From Neophaeotheca triangularis (lineage: Eukaryota), in the NCBI GenBank assembly GCA_054600435.1, contig BAAIJX010000008.1:496001-560000 (forward strand): a stretch of DNA of 64,000 bases, in the 5' to 3' direction. The notes under the pieces were generated by a model that worked only from the letters and a program-made list of their open reading frames with translations, did not search any database and was not told the origin of the DNA. The position numbers and the translations under genes are program-made. Positions 23,326 to 36,900 of this stretch are shown piece after piece (the stretch's first letter is position 1; each line of letters starts with the position of its first letter).

Positions 23326-26300
23326 ATGAGCGGTGTTCACCGATTCCTGAGTCGGCGTGAGAAGAAGTCGGACAAGCAGCAGCAGCAGCAGCAGCAGCTA
23401 CATCATCAGCAAAACGCTCCATCCAAAGTACGGCTACCCTCTCGTATTGTTCTGCTTGAGCATGCCTCCATATTCTCTTCCACCACCAACAGCAATACAC
23501 TTCCCCTCCTCCCGCAAGCATGCGGTATGCGACAGAGCGCCGCCAACGCACGGGCTGGTTGAGGGAGAGTCGTTCCTGGTCAGGCTTGAGTGCTTCGACT
23601 GCGAGCGTCACCCCAGTCTCGTCTAGCCAATCCCTTGCCGGGCTTGCGCGCGTGCCTGAGTCAGAAGGGGCCAAGACGTCTGCCGCTCTGTGGTCTCTTT
23701 ACACGCTGCTCTCCCCGAATCGCATGCTGACCCGCCGCACACAGACCGAGCGCAAGCCCGATCACTTCGCAAATGTCTTCTCCACAGCCCTAGACCCCAA
23801 GCGCAAGACGGACAAGGATGAGGATAAGAAAGTCAAGGCCATTCTTGGCCGGTTGCAACATTATGGAGTCACGACCATGGATGAAACGAATGCCGTTTAC
23901 GCCCTTCGTTCCCACACTGCCAGGACTGCGGCCCCGGGTGACGACAGTGAGGCAGCGTTTCGATTACTCATGTTGCTTCAAGAGACGTGCGATGGCGTGG
24001 TAGTTCCTTATAAGCCGAGTATCAAACTGCTGGGAGCAGTGAACAGGGACGGTGTTACGTGCTACTTGGATTCTCTGTTGTTTGCCATGTTTGCGAAATT
24101 GGACAGCTTCGAAGCGTTGCTTTACGACAATTACGAGGACCGGAAAAGGAAGAGACTAGCAGGCCTGCTCAGACTATGGGTCAACATGTTGCGTACTGGC
24201 AAGCTTATTCATACAGACGTGGTACGTCCCCGATAAGAAGAGAAATACCGTGATTGCACAAACTGACCTTTTCACACTAGACCAAACAGCTACAAGGCGC
24301 TCTGGCAGATTGCGGATGGTCTGAAGCTTCCAAGCTTAAGCAGCAGGATCCTTCAGAAGCATTCGGTTTCATCACTAGCCAGCTAGAGCTTCCCTTATTG
24401 ACTCTCAAGATGGATCTGTATCACACTGGCAAGGAGGATCCTCAAGACGACCACAAATTCATCAACGAACGTCTACTCGAAGTAGCTTTGCTCGACAAAG
24501 CGCCAGAAGGACGGACTACCATCACTCTTGAGGACTGTCTTGAACACTACTTCAACAATCGCATTGAAGTTAAAAGACACATGGAGTGGCAGCGCAGGAA
24601 CACGATCCAGTCTTCGAATTCTGGATGCGCAGAGTCAGAGGACCCATCGGAGAAAAGCTCCAGCTCACATATCGAAGTGGCAGAGCTTGCCGAAACACCC
24701 ACCGAGGACAAATCTCAGACGGTAGAAAGTCAGGAAAGCCCAATACAGGCCAAGACTACCGTTGAGAAGTTGAGACCTACACGAGGCCGAGCTGCTAGTA
24801 TCTTCAGCCAGCGTAAGGTCACACTTACAGGTATTGATCCGGAGGAGATGAGCAATGAAGATCTTGAGACTCTCCGCGATCCGAAAAGCAGAAACCTGAG
24901 CACGAAGACGGAAGTACTCATGCCGGCTTGGCAGTTCTTCAAGCTTCTACCGTGGTACACCGACAATGCTCCCACATCAGACGCTCAGGTTGCTGCGCAC
25001 TTTTCAAGGAAGCGGCCGGTTCTGGGAATCTGCTTGAAACGCTACTCCTATACGACCAGTGGTGATGCGCGGAGACTGAATACGTACATCGACATTCCTC
25101 TGGAAATCACAGTACCCAACTTTGTCAGCGATGATAGCATGGAAGATGATGCACCACTCGGGGGCAACTTCCGACTCCTACTCCAATCCGTCGTTTGCCA
25201 TCGAGGTGTCAGCGTGCATTCTGGGCATTACATCAGCCTGGTGCGCGGAAAAGCCGACAATGCCCAGCCACTACAGAACGGAAGAGGTGGCGCAGAGGAG
25301 AGTGACGATGAGCAAGATCCCTGGCTGCGATTTGACGACTTGGGCAGGCAGCGTGTGTCCTACGTTGACATCCATAAGGCGCTCAAGGAAGAGACACCCT
25401 ATCTGCTCTTCTATCAAGTGCAGCCAATCGGCGAGCCTGAAGACCCTAACCCAACACCGCCAAGCTATAACGAAGCAATATCTCGCTCACAGTCTGATGA
25501 CTTTCCGGTGGACAAGCCAACACTGAGTGTAACAGAAGCCGACCTTACTCTTACAAAGACAATGTCAGACACCGCCGTGTCCTCCCGACCAGTCATCGAA
25601 GCAACCGACTTCGTCGGTCCCTCCACCCGCACCAGCCTAGACGCCCCAACTCTCCTCGCAGACGGCACCCAGCATACCATGCGCACAAGCCTCTCCAACG
25701 AAAGCGAGACCCAACGCCACAGCATCTCCTTCGATCAATCCAGCTTTTCCGGCCACAGCGCACGCACAGACGCTACGACGACAACCGCCTCCGTCCCCTC
25801 TACCCCCTCGGAAGAGAAATCCAACTCCTTCTTCTCCGTAGCTTCCAAACTCGGCCCCTCCCGACGCAGCTCTCGCACCACCAAAACAACCAGCAACGGC
25901 ACCGCTTCCACGCGTAGCCGACCCGGCAGTTCCAGCCAAGACGCGGCTCCCAACCGCTTCAGCCTCAACATGTCCAAACTCACCGCGCGCATGAGCAGAG
26001 GCCAGCCCAACAATCCTCCTTCCGGCGAAACTGCCGGTTCCGGCGAGCAGCTACCCCCGCTTCCATCAGACGGCGGGCTCAAAATCCAGCCTTCTGCCAA
26101 AGTCGCTACGGAGTTGGAGGGGCAGAAGGACGTTTCTTCTCCCGCTGCCATGCCTTCTGCTGACGACAAGTCTCCCGACATGGCTGCCACGACGCTTCCG
26201 CTGGAGCGAAACGATAGTTTGCAGACTGTGCTTCCTACGAACAAAGTCGAGCCCGCCGTGGCGGCGAAAGTTGGAAAAGGCAAGAAGAAGGAGCGTGGGG

Positions 26301-26362
26301 GGTTGGGGTCTCATAAATCTGGCGGTAGCGGGCAGGATGATAGGGAGTGTGCTGTTATGTAA
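23326..26362 (+). CDS. Ubiquitin C-terminal hydrolase (USP/peptidase C19), CYLD-like; 3 exons (introns 23428-23744, 24222-24280)
   Basis: Cys box GAVNRDGVTCYLDSLLFAMF, QQDPSEAF, His box VVCHRGVSVHSGHYISLV and WLRFDD; C-terminal ECAVM (CaaX-like). Confidence 0.88.
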
Positions 26363-27336
26363 AAATGGGTTGGGCTGATCATCTTTTGGGTTGAGGGTTT
26401 GAGAAATTGGGGTTTGGATGGCGGGACCTGCATGGCCATGGCGTTTGTGTTTCTGGGAATCGGATGAATCTTTGGGCTACGAGGTGCTGCTTTTTTCTTT
26501 CTTTCTTCGAATGGGGAGGGAGGGGGATTTCTTGGATGTTTTGCAAGGTGTTGGGGCGTCATCGTCCACTGCCCGCTTTACCGGCAGAGCTTTTGCCGGG
26601 AACACTGCGGCGCGTGAGCTTAGCTACAGGTTCCTGCTGGGGATTTTGAACGTTGCCTGCGCCGTTCTTCTCTGGGTTGAGGGGAGGGTTGGGGTTGGAT
26701 GGATGGGCTTTGTAAATACTTACATAGGTCCTTGCCACTGAGACGGGACGAGATTACGATGAGAGTTATGTACAACTCTCCAACACAAACAGCTTGACAG
26801 TGCAGTTTAGTTTAGTCGACCAGAGGGGGGGAACAGTGGAAGGCCATCACTATTGCTAATGCCGGAGTGAGTGACGAGGATTGCAGCCCAATTAAAACTC
26901 CCATCGTTAAGAGCGGTTTAATGCTGGGTTTTAAACGAAAGGTGTTGAATGCGCGGTTCGCTCATCGTGTCTGGAAGCACGACCCACCGGCCGGTTGAAT
27001 GTATGAGGTATGCTACCGTGTGCCATCTAATGCTCAGACTCGTCGCCAGAACTTTGCCGAATCGTTTCCGGTAGTAATGTGTTTGATTTGATAGTACAGC
27101 ATTTCGTACTCCGCAAAAGTGTAGAGTACACCACAGCCCCTCATTGCCCGGAACCGCACAGTCCCCGCTGCGTTGTCCCACCCCGACCGTCCAACCAAGG
27201 CCGCCTGGCCTCCTCCCTCCGCCCTCTACAGCCCTATCCGACTCTCCCGGTTCTTCACACGTATGTACATCCATCCATCCATCTATCTTACACGTCCACC
27301 TCCCTCACGTCACTCTCAACCCCGCGCCGGCCTTTT

Positions 27337-27672
27337 TCACAACCCCAGCGCAGCCGCTTGCCCGGCCCCGATCCCCTTCTGTATATGTCCCATGTACTGC
27401 TTGCTAACCGTGTTCCAGCTGGCCATGTACTTCTCCATGCAGTGGGTGTAGCAGGTCGATTCGCCCGCGGAAAGCGAGGAGCCGGGTTTCGGGATGCAGC
27501 GGTCGAAGCAGTGCTCGTTGAGTTTCTGGCGAGGGGGTGTTAGTGGGGTGCTGGGGTGTTGGTGTTGGGGAAGGCATCGTTGGGTAGGACATACTTCTAT
27601 GAGTGCTTTGGCGTTGTGGAGGGCTTGTTGTTGGCGCACTTGGTCCATTACTTGTTGCTTGGGGTCAGACAT
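27337..27672 (-). CDS. TIM13: Mitochondrial intermembrane-space small TIM chaperone Tim13; 2 exons (intron 27526-27594)
   Basis: Twin CX3C motif (CFDRC...CYTHC) and MEKYMASWNTVSKQY. Confidence 0.93.
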   Translation of the reverse strand: MSDPKQQVMDQVRQQQALHNAKALIEVCPTQRCLPQHQHPSTPLTPPRQKLNEHCFDRCIPKPGSSLSAGESTCYTHCMEKYMASWNTVSKQYMGHIQKGIGAGQAAALGL

Positions 27673-27885
27673 TGTGGATGGGTCTGGTGGGTTGTTGGGC
27701 TGGTTGATAGATTGGGTGTGTATGCGTGGAGCTGGATGTGTGGTGAAGAGTATGGTGATTGTATTGATATGTAAAAGCGCCACACTTGCTTGATGTCGGG
27801 TTGCTGCAATGATAGCGTCTCAAGTCTTCGATGGCCTCGCGGAGATTGTTCGGCCGAAGCTTTTCCCCGCATCTTCTGGTTTGAC

Positions 27886-27936
27886 CTCACCTCACCTTAC
27901 CTCACCTCATCTCACCTCACCTCACTCCACCTCACT
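27886..27936. repeat. (CTCAC)n pentanucleotide array upstream of TIM13
   Basis: About 10 imperfect CCTCA/CTCAC units. Confidence 0.85.
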
Positions 27937-29133
27937 GCACCCTTTCGCCCACCAAGCTGCTGTATATGCCACCCTCCATGCCACCCTCCATGCGATATTA
28001 TTCCTGTGTCTTCCTGCTCGCTCCAGGCCTCTGTGAAATATGCCGTATAGTGAAGGCAGCGGTGAGAGGGTCCGGCATTGAACGTGGCTCCGGCTACTCA
28101 TGGTACGTTGCATTGCCCGCCAGTCCAAGCAGGTAGACAATGTGGGTGTGAAAAAGTTCTCTTTTGAGCACCCCTCCAGTCCCGAGTTGCTCTACGCTGC
28201 CCAGACCCTGATGGGGCACGGGAGTCTGCTGGCCTCCATTACGGGAGGCCTTGGTGTTAGCGTACAGTCCCGGTATCGAAGAAACAAAGAATTAAGGCCC
28301 GATAGACATACCTTTCATGTCTGCCAGAGCGAAGCCTGCCTGCTCCTTCCCTATACACCCGTGCTCCAGAACCGACACTCTTGCGAGTGGCGCGATCGTA
28401 TTGATCCCGCAAACGATACGAGGTGTGAAGCCTGTACCGAGCACATGGCTCTGGCCTTCCGGAGAAGAACGACACGCCGAAGCATGCCGCCAACGGCGTG
28501 TAAGGGGGTGTGCCGGGTGCCTCGTCTGGTCTTGTTTCGTCAAAGTGAAGGAGCCACAGCAGCAACAGTCGTGCAGTTGCATACCGGTATTGCCAATGGA
28601 AGAAAGACAAGCGGATGACAGGAGTCGACCTCGGTCTTCCCCTCTGCCAGCGCGCCGGGTCACCCTGAACCGATTAGAAGAGCGGAGGGTGTAGGGAGTC
28701 GGACCCAAATGCTCTTTTAGACTGGAATGGCTTTATCAATGTGTGCAAACACACCGGCTCTCTTTCGAGAAGCTAACATGCGTGCCTTATGTCCAACCTG
28801 TGGTTATAGTGTTTCACATGCCGCCAACTGCGCAGGGTCTTGCGACCTAGCATTCGCTTGCTTCTCCCAAGGCGAAAAAATGAGTGAAAAAGACGAATTG
28901 TTACTGAAAAAAAGTTGTTCTGGTTTCAAAGGTTGAGAAAAGGTTCAGACAGCGGAAGGTCTTTTGACTGTGGAAGGGTGCACGGACCATGTCTTGTCAC
29001 AGCCTGCCGACTCAGGCTCACTCCCGTGAATGCCTGGCCTCATTAGCTCAAGCCTATTGAATTTCGACATTGCTTCAAGTTCGCACTCTTCTCAACACTC
29101 ATCATAACACTAAACCTACGAGCACCCACAAGC

Positions 29134-29810
29134 ATGGCTTCACAGAAGGCTAAGGCCTTACCGCTGAAGACCACAACACTCCCTAAACGCCCTCGTCACA
29201 GCGCCTACACGGGGGTCACAGGCATGGCTTCACCCCAAGAGGTCGTGGCCTCACTTCCGAAGACCATGACTCTTGCGAAACGTCCCCGCAAGAACACCAC
29301 CACGGACCGTCCAAGGAAGAACAAGCTTCTCCGCACCGGAGCGGTAAAAATTTATTCTGCCTATGAAAGCTACTCCTCATATTAACCACCATATTGCAGA
29401 AGTCTTCGAAGACGGAAGAGACGCCCCAGCCGATCGAGGAGGCTCCCAAGGCGCCCGAGAAAGTGAGCTATATTTACTGCAGCCCCCTCACTACCAACTC
29501 TAGCCAACGCCTCACTCACTAGCTCTTTGTCTTCGACCCCGTCATCACCCACTGGCTCACGTTCGTCAACCCTATGGACGCCCCAAACGATCCCAGCAGC
29601 TCCAAAGTCAACGAGCTCGCCATCACAGCCTACGACGAGTGCAAACCCTGCATCTGCGCCGGAATCACCAAAGACCCGCCATTCCCGTCGCTTCACGGCC
29701 TGGAATTCGACGAAGTCGACACTGAGGAGCTCTTGCTGCTTCACCGCGAGCAGTGGGCTAAAGTCCACTTCGGTGGCGTCTACGGTGGGGTTTACTACGC
29801 TGTGCTGTGA
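29134..29810 (+). CDS. Hypothetical protein (~186 aa); 3 exons (29134-29343, 29400-29462, 29523-29810)
   Basis: Two phase-0 GT-AG introns join three exons in frame. Basic, duplicated N-terminus (KRPR x2). Confidence 0.65.
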
Positions 29811-30983
29811 AATGGGTTCATGTCGGACAGTGCTCCTGCCAGCAGTTCACTACCGGACGTTGTCGGCGACGATGGAGTTGGCGCATTGCGGAGCGTTCAC
29901 AGGAAGATACCCGGCCGGTTGTAGCTTATGCAGTAGAACAATAGCAATAGTTTCGTAAACCCGGTGGACGCTTGTCGCCTTCATTTCTCGAATCTTCCGC
30001 ACCTCCCACTGCCTGTTCGACCGGATTCAACTTTGAACTCCAAGTATACATGACGCCGCTCTCAACAAGATCCGACACTCTTCCCAACCGCCACGCCTCC
30101 TGGCATTAGCAAAATGGGTAATAAAGTGGACCAAGAGACTCGAACAAATACTCATCCAAGACGGCGAAACTCTGCTCCTCTAAGCGTGAGTGGCGACACA
30201 AGGCTGCGAAAAGGGTAGCTGAGAACGGAGTGCCACAGCGCGACAAAGGGAGGGCTGAACGGAATGGATACATGTTCGGCAAATTCGCACTGGTGGAATG
30301 GCTATCGCCATGACCCAGTTCCGTCATCACTGGACCTCTCCAATGGTTGAGCGAGTAGACTTCCCTTGTAGTACCAATCTCTGCCAGTACGTCGAATGCA
30401 CTGCGCGCGAAGGGCCTTATTCGCCTCTTGCCGGTCATGTATGCCGAGACAGCGGGCTTGACTCTACTCTTTCCTTCGGCTGCGTGGGGCGGGGGGTTGC
30501 AAGTAGGCTTGGTGCAAACACGAGAGAGAGAGAGAGAGATAGTGTGGGTTGGGCAGCGTGATGAGGGATGTTTTCGCCAACGGATGAATGATGCGATTGG
30601 CGGCGTGCCTTGAATACCGACATCATGATCAAATGCAAGACCGTCGGGCCTCGCTTGGCCCCTGTCACTGTTCTCTCAAAGACCAACAGACACTAGATAC
30701 GAAACGAAGAACGACAACAGATACAGGTCAAAATGTAAAGCTTGAGCCGCGAAGCAGCCTCTACGAACCACCATCTGAAAACCTTTTATGTTACAGCAAA
30801 AAGCGCCCGTAGCCACTTCTCTCAAAACCCCTCCTTGCCAACACCAATGCTATGCATACCATGAATGAATCGCGTTCATCTTGAAACCCCCACTTGCGCC
30901 GGATCACTTCGCGTGATCAAACAACAACAACAACATCCTCGTCCCCTACTTCCAAACCCCCTCCGAGATCTGAACCAGCCACA

Positions 30984-33900
30984 CTAATCGCTAAGCTCAA
31001 TCGCATCCTCCTCAGTCGAGCCGCCCATCTCGGGCTTCGGAGGCTGCGGCGGGAGACGGCCGTAACGATCGGCAGTACCGCGAGAAGCGGGAGCGGCGTA
31101 GCGCTGGGCCGGGACTTCGTCTTGTCCGTCATTCTCTGACACGTCCTCGTCTTCAGAATCGTATTGCGAGTCGAACTCGGTGCTGCCGTCCTCTTCGTCC
31201 GCGTCCTCGTCCTCGTAATGCAGGCCATCGTCGAAACCCCTCTCGCCCTCTGCGGTCCCGTCTTCTTCTTCGCCTGCGTAGCCGTCTTCGTCGCCACGCT
31301 GGTACTGCTCGTCTTCGTCTAGCGCCTCGTCTTCTTCGTCCACCGAGTCGTAGTCGACGTTGATGTAGCTGTTGGTTTGAGCATTGCCGGCGAGAGCGCG
31401 AGCGAAACCGCTCTTGTACCCCTGGGCATCCTCTTCATCGCGATCCTCGCTGGCAAGATCGTCCTCCTCTTCTCCTTCGTCGGCAAGAGCGGCGTAAAGG
31501 TTGCCCTGGAGATCGAGACCCACGTCTTCACCCTCACTACCATCCGCCTCGTCTTGATTGACGAGAGCGGGGTGAGGATTGCCTTGCATCGAGTTGTACC
31601 TGGCCTCCTCTTGACTTTCGCCCGGCCCACGACTAATGTGCTCTTGACCCTTGCTCAGAGCCGGATCCTGTGCTTGACCGCCCTCATCCTCTTCAGCAGA
31701 GTCCTGGAGGTCAATGACCTCGTTTTGAGACGGACTCTCGTGCTGAGTTCCGTTCGGTACGGTGTCGAGACGCTGAGGCGCGCCAAAGGATTGCCGCAAA
31801 GACTGTGAGATTTGCGTGGGCTGAATGGTGTGATCTTGCGTCTCCGGGACTTCTGCGGGACGGGCGCCGAAGCCAAAACCAAAGCCAAACGATGGCTGAG
31901 TAGAAGCTTGAGAGAAAGCAGCTGGCTGTGCTGCGGCGAAACCTGAGATTGGCTGAGGAGACTCTTCCTGTGGGATGGGAGCGGGGGCAGGAAACTGCTT
32001 GTGCGATCTGCTGGGTGCGTTCGCGAAGTCGATCTGAGAGACTGGCTGATAGGGCGACGCTGACCGTTGAGGAGCATTTAAAGATTCTTTGACAACGTCC
32101 GCCTTGCGCAGAGACGGCGAATCAGGTACCGCAGGCTCGTCCTGAGTTGGGGTATCTTGTTGCGTGGTATCAGGCTTAGCAAAAGCGGCCGTGCCAAAGG
32201 CATTGAAGGATCTTGGCTGTTGCAATTGCTGAGTGTTTCCTCCAGAGAACGCTGGTGCTTGGGAGAACCCGCTTGAGAACTGGGTGTTGTTGAAGCTTGA
32301 CCAGAAAGCGGCGCCAGAGCCCTTATCAAAGCCCATGTTTGAACCAGCACCGAAGTCCGTGGCAGAACCGGTACCAAACCCCTTACTAGGCCCCATAATG
32401 GATCCCGTGCCAAAGCCGGAAGCACCGAACGCAGAAAGCGGGGCCGAATTGACTTGCTGAGAATGCTGAGAGTTTTGGGGAGACTCCTTTTGCTGCAGCT
32501 GCGTTTCATCATTTGCACCCTTCGGGTCAGAGGAAGTATTGAACGTAGAGAACGGAGCCGGAATGGCTCGCTGAGAGTGCTTAGGAGATTCCTTTTGCTG
32601 CGGCTGCGTGTCTGGGCCGTCGGCCTTCGATGCAGGGGCTAGAGCTGCTTGACGCTCCAGCGCGGGCCTGTCTGGAGAAAACTCCTCGGTCGAAACGACA
32701 GCGTTGTCCTCAAGTCTCGAACCAGGCCGACTCCCAACCCACGAACGGGACCTGCTGAATCCGCGAGAACGATCAAAAGCCCTGCTGACCGAAGGGTCAG
32801 GCCGAAGAAACCTGCTTTCGCGGGCGGTATAGCGGGGCGCGTGCTTGATCTTGTCTTGCGAGGCCCTTTTCTCGGCTTCCTTGCGTACGAGATCCATGGT
32901 TGGCGATTCGCGTATCTGCCTCATGCTGGCGGATAGCTCTTGCGAATGGGAGTCGACAGCAGGTGGCGTGCGCTCCTCGGCTGACACGGACAGGGCTTCC
33001 TTCGCGGCTCTTAGGCGAGCTTGAAAGGCGTCTTCTCCCGCTTCAACCTTTGCTACCTTGTTGGAGGAGGTGCTCTGCGGGCTGGAACTGGGCTCTAGAG
33101 GCGTGTGTGTCTCCATGCTCGGGATCGGTGTGCCCTCCGGTGTGAGGCTCATAGTTTCGGACCGGCGGCGTTTACGAGAGGAAGAGTTGCTTCGTTGCGA
33201 GGAAGCGCCGTTCGTCGATTTCCTACTTGAGTAGCCTAACTTCATCTCCGGCTGAATGCCCATCGCTTTGAGCCGGAAGTAGCTGCTTGTCGTTTCGCGT
33301 TTCGGAGAACCGGCATCCGTACGCCTGTATCTGAGGAATGCGCTGCGCCTGAGTTCCATGTCCTCGTGCGACGCCAACATTGAGCCGGGTTTGATGGCTT
33401 CACCACTGTCGACGTGACTGGTGCTCTTGAATCGTTTGTGGCCAGACGCGCTGGGCTTCGTGGTCTGTCCTGGACCATGAGATGATGTTGGACGCCTACT
33501 CTTTCGCAACTCTTCTTCCTCTTCACGCGCCTGCTGCGCTCTCTGCTCCAGGTTGTTGGTCGACAATTGAAAGTCCCTATCCACCTCTTCACGCTCGGGC
33601 AACTTTCGTTTTCGAGTGCTGCGTCCGGACGTAGAGCGCGCCATGCTGTTGCTGAAGGGGGACTCTTCAATCGGCTTGCCCACGACCTGCGAGCCCTGAC
33701 TTGTTCGAAGATGCTGTTCTCTCTTCCGTTGTCGCATCTCCCTTCCTTTTTTCTTGAGCGTGCTGCGCCAACAGGCTCCTCGCCACTTTATACCGAAGCG
33801 TGTCGACAGTTTCCGGGTCCTGAATTCATCGGCAGCTGCATTGTCGCGTTCCATGCCAACCTGCTTCTGCGCAGCTGTGATGACGACGGATATCTCATTC

Positions 33901-36900
33901 TCAATCCACTGCTGAAGTATGCCGTAAGTTGGATCCAGAGCCAGCTCGCGAGCAACCCGCGAAAGAACGGCATCTGGGTCAGGTTTCTTGACAGCAGGTG
34001 GCATAGCAGTCTGCTCGGTGGACACTTGCGTCATGTTTTCTTGGGAAGTGAACGCGGGTTTTGGTAGCGATGGCGACATTGCAGCACTCTGCATGGGATC
34101 CTGCTTGGGCGTCGCGCTGTCTTCACTTGCGGTGTAAGATCGTGAAAGAGGGCTTGGCTTCTTCGGCTGGTGTTTAGATTCAGAGAATGACGGGGGTCGT
34201 GTGTGTTGTCCCGGTGGTGGTGCTTGCGAAGTACTGGGCTGCGTAGGTGAGGTAGAGAAGTTTGAAGAGAAGGGCGCCGACTGAGATTGAGCAGTTTGCG
34301 ACTCAGCTTGATTGCTCACTTGGCTTGGCGTGGAAGTGAATGAAACATTCCCCGCCGCCTGTCCGAAAGTGAAGGGACTGTTTCCAGACCCCTTCTCTTC
34401 TGTTGTTTGTGGACCGGCGGGTTGTGCAGAATTGAATTGCGGTGTTGTCTTCTGCTCGGTAGTAGATTTGTTTGGAGCAAGTTGGAAATTGCCGAAACCT
34501 GCGGGTTGATGAGGGGCTGCGTTTAAATCGCCGTTGTTGGTACCCGGACTGGAATTTTGGCCGAAAGAAAAGACCGATGGAGAGTTCTCGGCAGCAGGCT
34601 TCATCGCATTCGAAGTGTCATTGTTTAAGAGCGAACCGAACCCACCCGAACCGCCAGGTGCTTGCTTTTGGCCGAAATTGAAGGTAGGAGTCGAGGAACT
34701 GTCGTTGGTGGACTGTGCTGGGGATGTAGAGCCAGGAGTACCGCCACCGCTGGACCCTGGCTTCTGGCCAAAGGTGAAGGTGGGAGCCGATGCTTCGCCC
34801 GCAGCGGGCGCAGCGGGCTTTGATGCAAAGTTGACAGGAGACGAGCCAAATCCACCGCCGCCGCCGCCAGGTGAGCTGGGCCTCGAACCGCCGAAAGCCG
34901 TAGACGTTCCGTTTTGCCCAAAAGTCGAGGTGGTGCCATTGGTCGTTGCACCACCCGCTGCAAAGCTGAAGCTCTGCGAAGGCTTACCGAAGGTACCGGA
35001 TGACGCATTCGTACTTTGCCCACTGAAACCGGCAAAGGGGTTCTTGTTCTCGTCCTTGGACGGTTGTCCAAAGCTCACGCCGCCGCCGCTCGGCTTGCCG
35101 AAAGAGGGACCTTGGAACGCAGGAGCAGCGGTGGGAGATGGAGCCTTTTGACCATCACTAGGCTGACCAAATGAGAAAGCCGGCTTGGATGCGGGGCCAC
35201 CGAATGGGTTCGACTGCTCAGCGTTTGGTTTGCCAAAAGGAGAAGTAGATCGCTTTGAGTCGTCGCTTAGTGCGCCAAAGCCGTTGACCGCAGGCTTTGT
35301 ATATTTGTTCGTGGCGGCGGTTGGCTTTGCCTTGGGCATGAATAGAGACTCTCCATCGTCCATGTCCTCTTCGTTGGTGGGTGCTTCCGACGTCTCCTCT
35401 ACCTGACCAGTCTCTTGTGCTTTGACAACTTTGACACCGTTAATAACAGCTGTGGCGGTCCTTCCAGCACGTTTCGCATCGACCCAGCGGGTTTTGAGAA
35501 GCGGCAAAGCGGGGAGCTTGTTGAGGGCGCCAGAACGCTTCAGAAGAGTAGAATCGATACAATCAACACCTCCCTTGTGCACGAGCTCGATTCCAGCGTC
35601 GTTGAGGTACTCCTCGAGATCGGCTTTCGTAGAGAATGCCAGCAGCTCGCGCAAAACTTCTTCCGTCGGATCCCCAACCCCTTGAATGACAGCACCGCGC
35701 CTGCTTGTCGGTTCAACAAGATTTTTCAAAACGAGGTAGCGCATATGATTGAAGTAGCACTCGGCCAGGCAAGCTTCGAGGTAAGAAGTCTGTTGGCCAG
35801 CTACCGTCGCCCAGAAACCGGCATAATCCTCACGCGCGAAGATTGGCGCATCGTAGGGGTTCATCGGACCCTTTCCCTCCTGCGAGTTCTGACCCCTGGC
35901 CCATATATCCAGCGCAGTTTTCACTCGAGGATGCTGCAGCATGTGTTGGTCCCATGTTTGTGCCTTCTCGCCGATTCCCAAGGTAGGGTTTTGAATTTGC
36001 AATATGATGTAGTAGGCCCGGAACTCCGCCTCGTGAGAGAAATTGACGATGTGTCGGAAATCGTCGTAGTATTGCATCAATGATAGCAACGTCTTGTCCA
36101 GCATCTGCAGCTCTCCTTTTCTGTCGTACTTGGCATGCGCTGGTTCAGCGGTCGCTAGCTCGTGCAGTGCGTGGATATGAAAGCGCGTTATCCTCTCAAA
36201 ACACTCTACCGCCAACCTGACATCCTCCGGAGCCGTCACTTGCTGGATAGAAAAGTCGTTCCGCACGGCGCGAGTGCGATCCCAAACGAAGTTGTGTGCC
36301 ATTGCAAACGGCAGGCTGGGAAGGAACTCCTCGAAAAGATAGTCGCAGGTCGCTTTGAGCACAGGAGGCGGGCGTAAATCGGATGGCAGCTGTTCTTCGT
36401 TCCCTGCTGCTGCTCGCTTGAACTTCTTCACCATCTTCCCTTCAACAGGCTGAGCTCGGCCTTGGGCATCAACTCCCTTGGTATGATCCTACACAAATGT
36501 CAGCGATACTTACCCTTTATCCCAAGTACAGAGTTCTCCAACTAACCGTCTCTTCATCCCACAGGTCGAGCTGCACCACCCTCTGCACCCTTTCAAGGTC
36601 CGGACACATGTCCTTGCATGTCCCCACCGGCACGATAGCATTGGCGAGAGTCGTTGGCTTCTCCGGATCGGCAAGGAGTCCACGTTTGATGGCGTCGGCG
36701 CGTTCGCGGTCGCGTTCCTTCTTCAACTTTTGAAACATGAGTACGAGCTTGTTAGGCGTCGCGTTCCTGCTACTCACCTGATCGAACCGAGCATCCCAGT
36801 CCTGAGTGGTGCCTTGCGGGGAACCCATCGCGAACTTCTTGCGTCGCGCAGCCACCTCGTCGGCGCCATCGAGACCCGAAGCCGGCGAAGATTCTTTGTT

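Noticed and set aside
28040..28940. Overlapping 70-170 aa ORFs between TIM13 and the 29.1-kb orphan
   Set aside because: No recognisable motifs or consistent splice model on either strand.
30106..30812. Short ORFs around a (GA)n tract
   Set aside because: No motif; the position is consistent with 3'-UTR or intergenic DNA.
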